A DNA stretch of 64,000 nt. Source: Candidatus Krumholzibacteriota bacterium (GTDB lineage Bacteria; Krumholzibacteriota; Krumholzibacteriia; JAJRXK01). This document shows, piece after piece, positions 52,427-64,000 of the stretch. The notes beneath the pieces are model-generated. The model searched no databases and had not been told where the DNA came from. It was given only the letters and a program-made list of their open reading frames with translations. The stretch lies in assembly GCA_963806035.1 (NCBI GenBank), contig CAWDWO010000037.1, positions 1 to 64,000 of the forward strand. The letters are read 5' to 3'. The number at the start of each line of letters is the position of its first letter. Position 1 is the first letter of the stretch. The position numbers and the translations under genes were made by a program.

Positions 52427-54710
52427 ATGCGCCCATGCTTCAAGCGCCCTTTTCGCCCTGATTCTGCTTTTGGGAGGGCTGCCGAGCCCGGGCCGGGCCG
52501 CCCCTGCGCGCGTCAGGCTCCAGGGGCGCGTGCTCAACGACAAGGGGGTGGGCCTGGCCGGGGTGCGGGTCACCGCGAGCGGATTTTATCGCGAGGCCAC
52601 GACGGCCAGAGACGGCAGCTTCGAGCTGGCGGGATTGCCCGAAGGCGGAGTGACGCTCCTCTTTCACCGTCTCGGCTACGCCTCGCTCACCCGCGAAGTG
52701 ACGCTGCCGCTGTCGGGTCCTTTGGTAGTGGCTCTGCAGGAAACGCCCTTCACTTTGCCCACCTTCGAGGTCACCGCCGCGCGCACGCCGCGGCCCGTGC
52801 TGGACTCTCCGCTGCCGAGCGCATTCTTGGGGCAAGCTTCCCTGGCGGAGGAGTCGAGCCTCTCTTTAGCCCATGCGCTGCAGAAGCTGCCCGGAGTGCG
52901 GACCGTCTCCACCGGGGCGCAGATCGGCAAGCCCATGGTGCGCGGACTCACGGGCTCGCGGGTGCTGGTGCTCTCCAATGGCCACCGGGTGGAAGACTAT
53001 TCATGGAGCGACGAGGACGGCCCGTCCGTCGATCCGGCGCTGGTGAGTCGCGTGGAAGTGGTTCGGGGTCCCGCTTCGCTTCTCTACGGCTCGGATGCCA
53101 TCAGCGGTGTGGTGAACGCGATTGCGCCGGAACTGCCGCGCGCCGAAGGGGAAGAGCGCTTCACGCGCGGAAGCTTGGGGGCCTACTTCGCCTCCAACAG
53201 CCGCGAAGCTGGCGGTCGTCTGCGGCTGGAGGGAGCTCGGGGCGGTTTGGGCTGGAGGGTTGCGGGTACAGGACGCTTCGCGGAGGCCCTGCACACCCCG
53301 GACGGCGAACTGGAGAACACCGGATTCGGTGCGGTGACCGGCGACGCCGCGGCCGCGATTCGCGGAGAGGACAAAGAGCTTTCCCTGCAGATTTCGCACT
53401 ACGGTGGCGAATTCAAGTTGTTGGAAGCAGGCGGTCCGCCCCCCGGCGCGAACGAAGGGGAGGAGGAGGGACCGGAACGCAAGAGTTCCGATTGGCGCGT
53501 CCAGTTGGACGGGAAGCGGCAGCTCGGGGCCTTGAATCTGGAGACGAAGGCGCAGTGGGAACGGCACTCGCTCATCGAGCTGTCCGATGAGGCGCTCGCG
53601 GACAGCATGGCCACCGCGCCCACGACCGTCAGCGGCGGCAAGGAGCAGGAGGCCTTCAATCTACTGCTGAACACCTTCTCGCTGGATCTTTTGGCGCACC
53701 ACCGCATCGGCAAGCGGATCAAGGGAACGGCGGGAGTGAGCGGTCTTCTGCAGAGCAATGATACTCGAGGTCCCATCCCACTCGTACCCGACGCCGCGAT
53801 TTCCTCGCTGGGAGCTTTCGTCTTCGAGGAGGCGCGACTGGGACGCTGGAGCGTGTTGGGTGGAGTGAGGGGGGACGCGCGCAAGATGAAGGCCGACGCC
53901 AATGACGGTCTTCAGCTCGCGGCGGACGACGAGCGCGACTGGAGCGCCTTGTCATCGGACCTGGGATTGGTTTTTCGCCCGCTGAGGCATCTGGCCCTCT
54001 CGGTGAACGCGGGATTGGCATGGCGCGCTCCCACGCTCTTCGAACTCTATGCCGAAGGTCCACAAATCGCCGAGGCGCGCTACTTGCGTGGTCGCGCCGA
54101 TCTCAAAGCCGAGCACGCTCTGGATCTCGACGCCGGAGTGCGCTACGAAAACGAGCGGGTCAAAGCCGAACTGACGGTGTATCGCAATCGCATCGACGAT
54201 TTCGTCGCTCTTTCTCCCACTGCAAGCCTGATCGATGGGCTGCGCCTGTGGGAATACGGACGGACTGACGCCATCCTCTCCGGCATGGAGGCGGGGCTCT
54301 CCGGGCCGGTCGGCGGACCCTTCCGGCTTTCGGGGAGTTTCGATTTCGTCCGCGGCGAAGTCCGCGGAAGCGGCGATCCCTTGCCCTTGATACCTCCACC
54401 GCGCGGCATTTTGGCCGCGCAAGCGGCGTGGCGCGAACTGGCTTGGGCCGAGCGCTTCCAGCTGGGCGTGGAGTTCCAACTCGTCGCGGAGAAGCAGCGC
54501 CTGGCGAGCGAGGAATTCCCGACCGCGGGATACGTGTTGGTCGCCTGTGGAGCCGAACTGAAGCGGGTCATCATGGGCCGCGAATGGGAATTCTCCCTGC
54601 GCGTGGACAATCTGCTCGACAAACGCTATCGCGATTTCCTGAGCCGCTACAAGGAGTTCGCGGACAATCCGGGAAGGGACGTGCGGCTGAAGCTCGCGAC
54701 CTCGTTCTGA
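52427..54710 (+). CDS. TonB-dependent receptor with N-terminal carboxypeptidase-regulatory-like domain, frameshift near 52450
   Basis: GRVLND.G..LAGVRV; plug LPGV...VRGL..SRV and VEVVRGPASLLYGSDAISG; VDNLLDKRY...PGR..F C-terminus. Confidence 0.9.
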
Positions 54711-54812
54711 GAGAACCGTTTTGCCCTTTGGGAATAACTTTTCCAGCGCAAGGCGCGTTCTCTCTGAGTAAGCCGGCCCCGCACTCTTCCCCATCGGAGA
54801 CCATCCTTGCCC

Positions 54813-55817
54813 ATGCGACGTCCTCTCAGAGCTCGTCTTCTCCTTTCGCTGCTTTTGCTTTCCATTGCGTCACTCTTCTTCGCGCGCGCTGAATCCTCGC
54901 GGGCGCCGGCGGCGGGCAGCCGCGAGGAGCTTCGGATCGTGTCTCACGGTGACACGCTCGCCGCCTCTCTACTCCTGCCGCAGGGAGAGGGCCCCTTTCC
55001 GGGCGTGGTCATCGTCCACGGATCGGGCGGCAGTCCGCGGGCGAACCCGTGGACCCAAGCCTATGTGGAGGCCCTGGTAGGGCGTGGAGTTGCCGTACTC
55101 TATCCGGACAAGCGCGGCTCGGGAGATTCCCAGGGCGACTGGCAACAGGCCAGCTTCGAACTCTTGGCCGACGACGCTCTCGCGGCACTGGACCGCCTGC
55201 TCGAGGAGCCCGAGCTCGATGCCGAGCGGGTGGGCTTGATCGGATTCAGTCAGGGAGGCGACATCGTTCCCTTGGCCGCCACGCTCTCATCGAAGGTGAA
55301 GTTCGTGGTGGACGTTTCGGGCTCGGTGGTTCCTCTGCGCGAGCAGATCGGCGATGAGATCAGGCAGGGCGCGCTGGCCGAAGGACGCAGCGAGGAAGAG
55401 TTGAAGACCCTGCAAGAACTCAACCAGCTCGGCCTTCGCTACGCGCTGTTGGGTGAGGGCTGGCAGGAGTACTCCCACGCATTAGAGGCCGCCAAGCATA
55501 CGAGCCTGAAGGAGAGCGAAGTGCTCGGCGGGTTCCCCGCGACCCGGGATCACCCCATCTGGAGCTTTCTGCGCGCTGTGGGAGATTTCGATCCCTTGCC
55601 CTACTGGCAGAGAGTGGCAGTCCCGGCGCTCTTTCTCTACGGGGGAAAGGATCGGAACGTCGACACCCGCAAGAGCGCGGCCATCGTGGAGAACACCCTC
55701 TTCGCCCCCGAGAAGAGTTTCTCGCTCCTCTTCTTCGGAAAGAACGGCCACGGACTCTTCCGGGACGATGCGATGGACTTTCTCGCGCGCTGGATAGCCG
55801 ACAAGGGCGTCGACTGA
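54813..55817 (+). CDS. Secreted alpha/beta hydrolase (S9/S15-like)
   Basis: VHGSG, DKRGSG, GFSQGG nucleophile elbow, GGKD and GH. Confidence 0.88.
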   Translation: MRRPLRARLLLSLLLLSIASLFFARAESSRAPAAGSREELRIVSHGDTLAASLLLPQGEGPFPGVVIVHGSGGSPRANPWTQAYVEALVGRGVAVLYPDKRGSGDSQGDWQQASFELLADDALAALDRLLEEPELDAERVGLIGFSQGGDIVPLAATLSSKVKFVVDVSGSVVPLREQIGDEIRQGALAEGRSEEELKTLQELNQLGLRYALLGEGWQEYSHALEAAKHTSLKESEVLGGFPATRDHPIWSFLRAVGDFDPLPYWQRVAVPALFLYGGKDRNVDTRKSAAIVENTLFAPEKSFSLLFFGKNGHGLFRDDAMDFLARWIADKGVD

Positions 55818-55907
55818 GTTTCGACGCGCGGGAACTCGGCACTCTGTGCTATGTTCCAGTGAGCGGAAGGACTCCGCTCTCGCCCCTCACTCCGACACGC
55901 GCCGGCC

Positions 55908-58365
55908 ATGGACGACAAGACCCTCGATCTCAATCAAGGCGACGACGAGCCCATCAGACCGCACAAGGTGGATGCGGGCTCCGAACTCTTGCGAAAGATC
56001 GGCCATTACCGCCTCATTCGCCTGGTCGGCGAGGGTGGAATGGGGCAGGTCTACGAGGCGGAACAGGTCGAGCCGCTCAAGCGCAAAGTCGCTCTCAAGA
56101 TCGTCAAACGCGGTATGGACACGAACGAGTTCGTGGCCCGTTTCGATTCCGAACGGCAGGCCCTGGCGCTCATGGACCATCCGGCGATCGCCACCGTCTA
56201 CGACGCGGGAACCACAGAGGGCGGCCGCCCTTACTTCGTCATGGAGTATGTCGAAGGCGAGCCGCTCATCGACTACTGCGACCGCAAACGTCTCACGATT
56301 CGACAACGGCTCGAACTCTTCGTTCACGTCTGCGAAGGAGTTCAGCACGCTCATCAGAAGGTCATCATCCACCGTGACCTCAAGCCATCCAACGTGCTGG
56401 TCACGGAGATCGACGGGAATCCCATTCCCAAGATCATCGACTTCGGGGTGGCCAAAGTCACCGATAGCTCGGTTTTCGACAACACCATGTCGACCTTCGC
56501 GGGGCAACTGATCGGGACGCCCCAGTACATGAGCCCCGAACAGGCCGACGCGTCCGGGCAGGGCATCGACATCCGTGTCGACGTCTATGCGCTCGGAGTG
56601 ATTCTCTACGAGCTCCTGGTGGGTCAGCTTCCGATTTCCCGCCGAACGCTGGGAGAACATCGGCCTCAGCGAGATGTTGCGCATCATCCGCGAGGAAGAG
56701 CCGCCGCCGCCAAGCTCCCGGGCGAAGGAGCTACTCGCCTCCGGCGAACTCGTTGCTGCCATTGCCGCCGCGCGTCGACTCGATCCCGGCGCCCTCGCCA
56801 AGACCCTGCGTGGTGACCTGGACTGGATCACCATGCGGGCCCTGGAGAAGGACCGCACCCGTCGTTACGAAACGGTCATGGGACTGTCCGTCGACGTCCA
56901 GCGCCATCTGACGGACATTCCGATCAGTGCGCGTCCACCGAGCAAGGTGTACACGACGGTGAAGTTCGTTCGCCGGCACCGCACCGGAGTGATGGCCGGC
57001 GGCTTCGTCGTGCTCGCCGTCCTTCTGGGCATCGTCGGGACCACGACGGGAATGATTCGCGCGGTAAGGGCTGAACGCGCTGCCAACCAGGAGGCCCAGA
57101 CCGCGACCAAGGTGACCGACTTTCTGGTCAACCTCTTCGAGGTTTCCGACCCCGACCACACTCGCGGCAACACCATCACCGCGCGCGAAATCCTCGATCA
57201 GGGTTCCGAGCGCATCGCCAAGGAACTGGCGGGTCAGCCCGAGACGGGCGCTCGCCTGATGAACACCATCGGCAAGGTGTACATGAACCTTGGCCTCTAC
57301 GATGAGGCGGAACCAAAGCTGAGCGAGGCAGTGGATCTGCGCCGCAAGGCCACCGGCGCCGACGATCCCTGGGTCGCCGGCTTTCAATCGGATCTCGCAG
57401 ACCTATACATCGATCAGGGACGTTATCCCGAAGCACAGCAGATACTGGAGCAGGCGCTCGCTAAGATGGAAAAGAGTGGCAAGGTGAGCGAACTCAAGAT
57501 CGCCGATAGCATGAACGAATTGGCGGGAGCGCTCAGACGCCAGGGCGAGTACGATGCCGCGCAACCTCTCTACGAGCGGGCCCGGGAGATTCGCATCAAG
57601 GAGCTGGGGAAGGACGACCCGGCGGTCGCGAGCAGCGACAATAGTCTGGCCATCCTGAACTGGAACAGGGGCCGGTTCGACGAGGCGGAACGGCTGTACA
57701 AACAGGCGCTCTCGATCTGGGAAAATGCCTACGGGGAAAATCACTCGGATGTCGCCAAAGGGTTGAACAATTTGGCACTCCTCTATCATCACTTGGAGCG
57801 CTACGACGAGGCGATTCCACTCTACTTGCGGGCGATCAAAATCTACGAGAAGATCCTCGGGCCCGAACATCCGCGACTCGCTTTGGCCCTGAACAACCTC
57901 GCCTTGGCGTACTCCGAGCAGAAGAACTACCCGTTGGCCAGAAAGTATTACGAGCGCGCCCTCGCCATCCGCGAGAAAGTGTTGGGTGCCGGCCACCCGG
58001 ACGTGGCCCAGACTCTCAACAACTTGGCCAACCTCGACCGGGATCAGGGGCAATACGCGACTGCGGAGTCTCTCTACACCCGCGCACTGGCGATCCGTAC
58101 TTCCGCACTGGGAGCCGACCATCCCGATGTCGCCTGGAGCTTGCGCGATCTCGGCGTTCTCGCGGCCGACCGCGGGCGCTTCGCGGTCGCGGACAGCATC
58201 TTCACCAAAGCCACCGAGATTCTCTCGGCCGCCCTGGGACCGACTCATCCCGATCTGGCGGAAGTTCTCGACGAACACGCGGCGACCCTGACCAAGCTGG
58301 GCAAGAGGGCGGCCGCGGACAGCCTCCGTTCGCGGGCGGCCGCGATCAGGGCGGACAAGCAGTGA
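55908..58365 (+). CDS. Ser/Thr protein kinase with TM helix and C-terminal TPR repeats, frameshift near 56650
   Basis: GEGGMGQVY, HRDLKPSN, DFGVAK and YMSPEQ; HPDVA..LNNLA TPR repeats. Confidence 0.9.
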
Positions 58366-58524
58366 ATATTGCGCGGAAGCGCGGAACCTGCTAACCTCAT
58401 TGAGTCCTAGATCTTACGCACGCCCGCGACTGCCAGCCCCAGACATACCGTAGAATGTTGCACGGTACGTTCCGTGGCCAGCGGCCCGGCGATCCAACGC
58501 ACGACACGATCATCTGGGGGCACC

Positions 58525-59871
58525 ATGAAGTCCGCGCGCATCACCTTCGTACTTCTGACATTCTTTCTGTTGAGTCTCGTCGCATGTTCGGGACAACAGA
58601 CACCGACCGAAGTTCCGACTGCGGTTCAGGTGAATTCCTTGAATCATGCGGTCACGACGACGAGTACAGATTTTCCCGCGATTCTCATCAACAACGTGTG
58701 GGTCCAATTCGACGGACGAACCGTCGATGCCAGTGGGACCACATTTAGTTACACGCTCACTGCTACTGGGATTGGATCCGACCCGACCCATTTCACGGTA
58801 CAGATTCCCGAGTGTACGGACGATCCGGTGGCGTACACGCCCACCAATTCGGTGAGCATCAACTATGACCCCACCACGCAACTCTACGGGATCGACTGGC
58901 ATCTGAACTTCGATTCGAGCAATCTGATCCCGCTTCACTACACGGTCACCTTCCCGGGTGATGTTCCCCTGGGCGAGGTGAGTGGGGCCATACGCAGCGG
59001 CGACGAGCGCACCGTCAGTACCATTCCCGGTCCCTGTGCCGGCTACGACATCTCCGGAAAAGTATTCACCGACGCCAACCAGAACGCGCTGTTGGATCTC
59101 GACGAGTCGGGGATCAGCAACGTGGTCGTGGAACTGGTCGATTCGGAGGGTCGCGTTCAGACCACCACGACCGACTTCAGCGGGGCCTACGTCTTCCGCA
59201 AAGCGGCCGGCAGCTACACGGTGCGGATTCCCACCGATGCGAGCGCCTATCCGGGATCGTTCAACGGTCAACTCGCCGAGTCTTTCGACCCAACCACCGC
59301 GCTCAGCTTCGACGCGACAGTACCGCCCGAGTCGACGGGCAACGACTTCGGCTTCCATCCGCAAACGCAGGAACTCATTTACAACTTGGAGTCCGGAGCC
59401 TTGCTGAGCGATGGCGAGTCAGTGAAGTACTGGAAGAAGGTTCTGCAGGGCGCGCTGAACAACAGCCATCCGCCGGGGGGCTACGATCCCGAGACGGTGG
59501 TGGGCTTCGTCGAGGACGTACGTGGGCTCTTCCTGCAGGATCCTTACGATTTCGCGGACGGTTTCGATGGCGTGCAAGAGGCCTTCAACATTCTGAAGAA
59601 TCACTACAAGGACGAGGTCTTCATCCTGTATCAGGAGCTTCTGGCCACCGAGCTCAACGAAGTCGCGGGTCGCGGCCTGATAAGCCAACCCGGGCTGCAA
59701 CTGGCGCTGATCTCCTGGGGTGAGTCGCTCATCGACCAGGCCTGGCAGGGCGCTCAGACCGCGCAGGGTGGTGCGATCGTTCCCTACGGAGTCGCAGCGG
59801 GAAATCTCAGCGACGCCATCACGCTCTTCCAGCTGATGAATACCGGCGGAGGCGGCAGCGTAGACGAGTAG
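58525..59871 (+). CDS. Lipoprotein with SdrD-B / Cna-B-like domain
   Basis: LVA-C lipobox; ISGKVFTDANQNALLD.DESGISNVVVEL...G.Y.F. Confidence 0.78.
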   Translation: MKSARITFVLLTFFLLSLVACSGQQTPTEVPTAVQVNSLNHAVTTTSTDFPAILINNVWVQFDGRTVDASGTTFSYTLTATGIGSDPTHFTVQIPECTDDPVAYTPTNSVSINYDPTTQLYGIDWHLNFDSSNLIPLHYTVTFPGDVPLGEVSGAIRSGDERTVSTIPGPCAGYDISGKVFTDANQNALLDLDESGISNVVVELVDSEGRVQTTTTDFSGAYVFRKAAGSYTVRIPTDASAYPGSFNGQLAESFDPTTALSFDATVPPESTGNDFGFHPQTQELIYNLESGALLSDGESVKYWKKVLQGALNNSHPPGGYDPETVVGFVEDVRGLFLQDPYDFADGFDGVQEAFNILKNHYKDEVFILYQELLATELNEVAGRGLISQPGLQLALISWGESLIDQAWQGAQTAQGGAIVPYGVAAGNLSDAITLFQLMNTGGGGSVDE

Positions 59872-59880
59872 GGGTAGAGT

Positions 59881-61240
59881 TTGACGCGAGTTTCTCGCCT
59901 TCCTTTCATGAGCCCGCTCACGATCCTGTTTTGGATCGCGGGCGGGCTCTTTCTGTTTTCGATCACCGGAGGGTGCAGGAGAGCCTCGCGATCTGGCGCG
60001 CAAGCCGAAGTCCTGAGCGTCTGGGCGCACGCCGGCCGCGCGGACGAGCGCAGAATTCTCCAGCGCCAAGTCAGCCGATTCAACGAGGAGCATCCAGAGT
60101 TCCAAGCCCAGCTCACCTTCTTGCCCGAGGGCTCTTACAACGGCCAGGTGCAGGCCGCGGCGGTTGCGGGCGAGTTGCCCGCCGTGCTCGAACTCGACGG
60201 TCCCTACGTCGCGAACTACGCCTGGCAGGGAAAGCTCCGCGCCCTCGATCCGATCTTGGGCGAGAAGCTGCGCGATGACTTGCTTCCCTCCCTCATCGAG
60301 CAGGGCACTTACCGGGACAGCCTCTATGCGATCGGGACTTTCGATTCGGGTCTGGGTCTCTATGCACACCGGAAGGCTCTCGAGGCGGTGGGGGCGAGGA
60401 TTCCTCGTAGCGCCGCCGAGGCCTGGTCCGTGCGGGAATTCGCAGGAGATTCTGGCCTCGCTGGCCTCCCACGACGCGGACGGTATGGTGCTCGACCTCG
60501 GTCTGAACAACATCGGCGAATGGTACAGCTACGGTTTTTCTCCGGTTCTGAAATCCGCCGGCGGGGATCTGGTCGCGCGGGGTGATTCGATGCGGGCCGA
60601 GGGTATCCTGGATGGTCCCGAGTCGATCGCGGCCCTGCAGCACATTCAAGATTGGATCGTGCAGGGCTACGTCGATCCCAATCTCGACGATGCGGCGTTC
60701 ACCGCAGGGAGAGTCGCGCTCTCCTGGAGCGGACACTGGAAGTTCAGCAGTTACTGCCCCAAGGGTGATTGTGGAGACGTGGTCCTCGTGCCACTGCCCG
60801 ATTTCGGCCATGGTTCGCGCACCGGCCAGGGCTCTTGGTGCTGGACCATCACGCGCGAGTGCAAGAACCCCGAGCGAGCCATGGCATTCCTCCGCTTTCT
60901 CTTGCGCACTCCGGAAATCTTGGCCATGACGAACTCCAATCATGCCGTGCCGGGCACCAAGAGCGCGGTGGCCGCTTCCGCCGACTACGGCATGAACGGT
61001 CCCCTGCATCTCTTCGCCTCGCAGTTGAGTGGAGGATACGCCGTGCCGCGCCCGCGCACTCCGGCCTATCCCATCATCAGCTCGGCCTTTCAAAAGGCGC
61101 TTTTGGACATTCGGGCCGGCGGATCGGTAAAAAAAGCGCTGCACCGTGCAGCCCGCGTGATCGATCGCGACCTCGCGGACAACCACGGATACCGGGATCC
61201 GCAAGCTGCGCGCCGTGCCGGGGGAGAGGGTGAACGATGA
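59881..61240 (+). CDS. Sugar ABC transporter substrate-binding protein, frameshift near 60440
   Basis: TGG-C lipobox, FNEEHP, LDGPYVANYAW, GRVALSWSGHW and PRPRTPAYP. Confidence 0.85.
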
Positions 61241-62151
61241 AACGCCAGCCTTCATTCCCGTCGGGAAACCGTGTCGAAGCGCGTGTCGCCTGGCTGCTGG
61301 TGACGCCGGCTCTTCTGGGGCTGTTTCTTTTCGTCGCGCTCCCTTTCGTGCTGGCCGTGTTCATCTCGCTGACCAATCTGCGCCTCGGCGCTCCCTTGCC
61401 GCTGGAGTTCGTGGGGCTCCGCCAGTACCAGCGCATCCTGAGCGACCCTGCGTTCTTGCGGGCGCTCTGGAACAACTCGCTCTTTGCTCTGGTGGTGGTT
61501 CCGGTTCAGACCGCTCTTGCGCTGGCTCTCGCTCTCTTGGTGAATCGAAAGCTGCGCGGCATGGTCGTGTTTCGCACTCTGTTCTTCATGCCCGTGGTGT
61601 TTCCACTTTCTCTCGTGTCGGTGGTTTGGATTCTGATCTTCGCTCCCGGAGCGCACGGCACGATGAACGCGGTTCTTCAGTGGCTCAGCTTCGGAGCTTG
61701 GCACGCCCGTGATTTTCTGCGCGATCCTCATTTCGCCCTGCCCGCGATCATGCTCACCTCCATTTGGCAGGGCACCGGCTTCCAGATGGTCATTCTCTTG
61801 GCCGGCTTGCAGTCCATCCCCCAGCAACTCTACGATGCGGCGCAAATCGACGGGGCAAATTCCTGGCGGCGCTTCTGGAACATCACTCTGCCGCAGCTGC
61901 GCAATCCCCTGACCTTCGTGGTGATCGTTACCTCCATTCTCTCCTTCCGCGTCTTCGATCAGGTGCGCGTGATGACCCAGGGCGGGCCCGCCAACGCTTC
62001 GACGACCGTCATCTTCGAGGCGGTGCGCAGCGCCTTCGATCGCGCCGAGGTGGCCCAGGGTTCCGCAATGACCGTGGTGTTCTTCATCCTGGTTTTGACT
62101 CTCACGCTTCTCTTGCGCAGGGTTTTCAAACAGGAAGGAGAAGTCTCGTGA
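61237..62151 (+). CDS. Carbohydrate ABC permease (MalF/UgpA-like)
   Basis: FRTLFFMPVV and the LAGLQSIP..LYDAAQIDGA EAA loop. Confidence 0.92.
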   Translation: MKRQPSFPSGNRVEARVAWLLVTPALLGLFLFVALPFVLAVFISLTNLRLGAPLPLEFVGLRQYQRILSDPAFLRALWNNSLFALVVVPVQTALALALALLVNRKLRGMVVFRTLFFMPVVFPLSLVSVVWILIFAPGAHGTMNAVLQWLSFGAWHARDFLRDPHFALPAIMLTSIWQGTGFQMVILLAGLQSIPQQLYDAAQIDGANSWRRFWNITLPQLRNPLTFVVIVTSILSFRVFDQVRVMTQGGPANASTTVIFEAVRSAFDRAEVAQGSAMTVVFFILVLTLTLLLRRVFKQEGEVS

Positions 62152-63014
62152 TGGTTGGCCAGGGCGGAAGACATCAGCGGTCGGCTCGCGGAGTCCTGCG
62201 CCGTCTCACGCTGTGGCTCGCACTGTCGATTGCGGCCCTCGTGTGGATTGCACCGCTTCTCTTCATGCTGGTGGGGAGCCTGAAGCCCGACGCGCGAGTT
62301 CTGCCCGAGGCGGGCAGCCGCTGGGCTTTCATCCCTCGTGCAGCCTCGCTGGACAACTACCGGGACGTCTTCGCGCGCGTGCCTTTCCTCGTTTACCTGC
62401 GTAATTCGGCCTGGATCAACGGTCTCATCGTCGGTCTGGGTCTCATCGTGAATTCACTGGCGGGATATGCCCTGGCCCGTCTGCGCTGGCGGGGACGGCG
62501 AGTGGTCTTGACGCTGGTACTCGCCCTGCTCGTGGTGCCCTTCGAGGCGATCGCCGTGCCGCTCTTCTACCAGTTCTCCAGCATCGGGATGCGAGATTCC
62601 TTCACGGTGCAGGTCTTGCCCTTCGTCGCCTTTCCCCTCTCGATCTATCTCTTCTATTCCTTTTTTCTGGGTCTGCCCAGGGAGCTGGAACAGTCCGCCC
62701 GGGTGGATGGCGCCGGAGTGTTGCGCACCTTCTGGTTGATCATCGTTCCCAATTCCAAACCAGCATTCGCCAGCGTGGCCATCATCAGTTTTCTCTCGTT
62801 CTGGGGCCTGTACCTGTGGCCACTCTTGATGACCACCGGACCCCAGGTGCGTCCTTTGCCGCTGGCCATTGCTACTTTCCAAACGCTTCCCCCCTTGCAG
62901 TGGGGCGACATTCTCGCTTTCGGGGTGATGATGGTTCTACCGGTGCTAGTAGTGTTCATCGCGTTTCAGAGTTGGTTCGTGCGCGGAGTGGCCAGCAGCG
63001 GGATCAAGGGGTAA
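62148..63014 (+). CDS. Carbohydrate ABC permease (MalG/UgpE-like)
   Basis: LAGYALARL, LPRELEQSARVDGA, YLWPL and SGIKG. Confidence 0.92.
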   Translation: MMVGQGGRHQRSARGVLRRLTLWLALSIAALVWIAPLLFMLVGSLKPDARVLPEAGSRWAFIPRAASLDNYRDVFARVPFLVYLRNSAWINGLIVGLGLIVNSLAGYALARLRWRGRRVVLTLVLALLVVPFEAIAVPLFYQFSSIGMRDSFTVQVLPFVAFPLSIYLFYSFFLGLPRELEQSARVDGAGVLRTFWLIIVPNSKPAFASVAIISFLSFWGLYLWPLLMTTGPQVRPLPLAIATFQTLPPLQWGDILAFGVMMVLPVLVVFIAFQSWFVRGVASSGIKG

Positions 63015-63016
63015 TC

Positions 63017-64000
63017 ATGGCCGAAGTGAGCCTGAGAAATCTGGAGAAGAAATTTCCCGATGGAACCCTCGCCCTGCAGGCGCTCGATCTGGACATCCAT
63101 GACGGAGAACTCCTGGTCGTATTGGGCCCTTCGGGCTCGGGAAAGTCCACTCTTCTCAAACTCCTGGCCGGTCTGGAACAGCCCAGTGCGGGAGAGATCA
63201 AGTTCGACGATCGCTCGGTGGTGGGAATGGAGCCGCGCGAACGCAACATCGCCATGGTGTTCCAGAACTACGCCCTCTATCCGCACATGACAGTGCGCGA
63301 GAACCTGGAATTTCCCCTGAAGATGGCGAACCGGCCGCGTGAGGAACGCAGAAAGCAAGTCGAGGAAACGGCGCACCGGCTGGGAATTCTCCCGCTTTTG
63401 GCAAAGAAGCCGCGCCAGCTCAGCGGAGGGCAGGCGCAACGGGTGGCCATGGGGCGGGCCATCGTGCGCGACCCGGCGCTGTTTCTGATGGATGAACCGC
63501 TTTCCAACTTGGATGCGAAATTGCGCGTGGAGATCCGCTCGGTGATCACGCAGCTACAAAGGGAACTCGCGACGACGACGGTCTACGTCACGCACGATCA
63601 GGTCGAGGCGTTGACCATCGGCCAGCGGGTGGCCCTGTTGCGCGGCGGGCGCTTGCAGCAGCTCGACGCGCCCCAGGTTCTCTACGACGAACCGGCCAAC
63701 TTATTTGTGGCCGGTTTCTTGGGTAACCCCGCCATGAATCTCTTTCGGGCCGAGTTCCGCGAGGAAGCCCAGCGCATCCATTTGCGTTTGGGATCGAACA
63801 CAGTGTCCCTCACCGCAAACGGTGGGCCGGGCGCATTCATCGAGCAGGCCGTGTACGCCGGACTCCGTCCCGAGAGTTTTGCCTGGACGCAGGAGCGCCC
63901 CGACTGGCCGCGGATCGAGGCGAGGGTGGGCGCGGTGGAAGTGCTTGGACACGAACAGCTCGCATACCTGGATGTCGAAGTGGCCACGCTCGATCCGCAG
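63017..64000 (+). CDS. Sugar ABC ATPase (MalK-like), truncated at window end
   Basis: GPSGSGKST, MVFQNYALYPHM, LSGGQ.QR, DEPLSNLDAKLR and YVTHDQ read from the sequence. Confidence 0.9.
   Translation, partial: MAEVSLRNLEKKFPDGTLALQALDLDIHDGELLVVLGPSGSGKSTLLKLLAGLEQPSAGEIKFDDRSVVGMEPRERNIAMVFQNYALYPHMTVRENLEFPLKMANRPREERRKQVEETAHRLGILPLLAKKPRQLSGGQAQRVAMGRAIVRDPALFLMDEPLSNLDAKLRVEIRSVITQLQRELATTTVYVTHDQVEALTIGQRVALLRGGRLQQLDAPQVLYDEPANLFVAGFLGNPAMNLFRAEFREEAQRIHLRLGSNTVSLTANGGPGAFIEQAVYAGLRPESFAWTQERPDWPRIEARVGAVEVLGHEQLAYLDVEVATLDPQ

Noticed and set aside
52427..54710. TonB receptor as the missing SusC of the glucan locus
   Set aside because: It lies 35 kb away, has no operator copy upstream and no SusD, and looks like a generic metal/cofactor-type receptor.
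57200..58300. Repeated sequence units
   Set aside because: These are protein-level 42-aa TPR repeats, not CRISPR or DNA repeats.
1..64000. tRNA, rRNA, CRISPR arrays, riboswitches and defence systems
   Set aside because: None recognised by eye. An Infernal/Rfam and DefenseFinder run would be needed to exclude them.

Overview
A GC-rich bacterial window with no rRNA, tRNA or CRISPR array recognised. Four secreted proteins carry PNPFNP/FlgD-Ig C-terminal tails and one ends in SWGKVKSLY, which suggests an FCB-group candidate phylum such as Krumholzibacteriota, Latescibacterota or Eisenbacteria (inference). Many genes contain 1-nt frameshifts typical of uncorrected long-read sequence, so several gene boundaries are reconstructed by eye. 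Layout: (1) 1-17.6 kb, a beta-1,3-glucan utilisation locus with a ROK repressor, a GH-A hydrolase fused to a probable beta-barrel, GH1, GH149-type phosphorylase, GH16, GH17, a GPH-family MFS transporter and two paralogous secreted proteins of unknown function. It has three copies of a 23-bp palindromic operator and a 1260-bp IS with 27-bp perfect terminal inverted repeats. (2) 17.9-24.4 kb, a MarR-led operon with a methyltransferase, Na+/solute symporter, a 39-aa membrane peptide, a divergent carbamoyltransferase and an AsnB-type amidotransferase; this is a candidate carbamoyl-amino-acid-amide osmolyte pathway. (3) 26.7-31.4 kb, norR / ric / qNor with a sigma-54 promoter. (4) Ser/Thr kinases, a beta-helix-cohesin-dockerin protein and a 19-heme cytochrome c fused to cytochrome b. 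(5) TlpA and exported MsrBA. (6) A TetR-TolC-HlyD-ABC efflux operon, a TonB-dependent receptor, a hydrolase and a sugar ABC transporter running off the right end.
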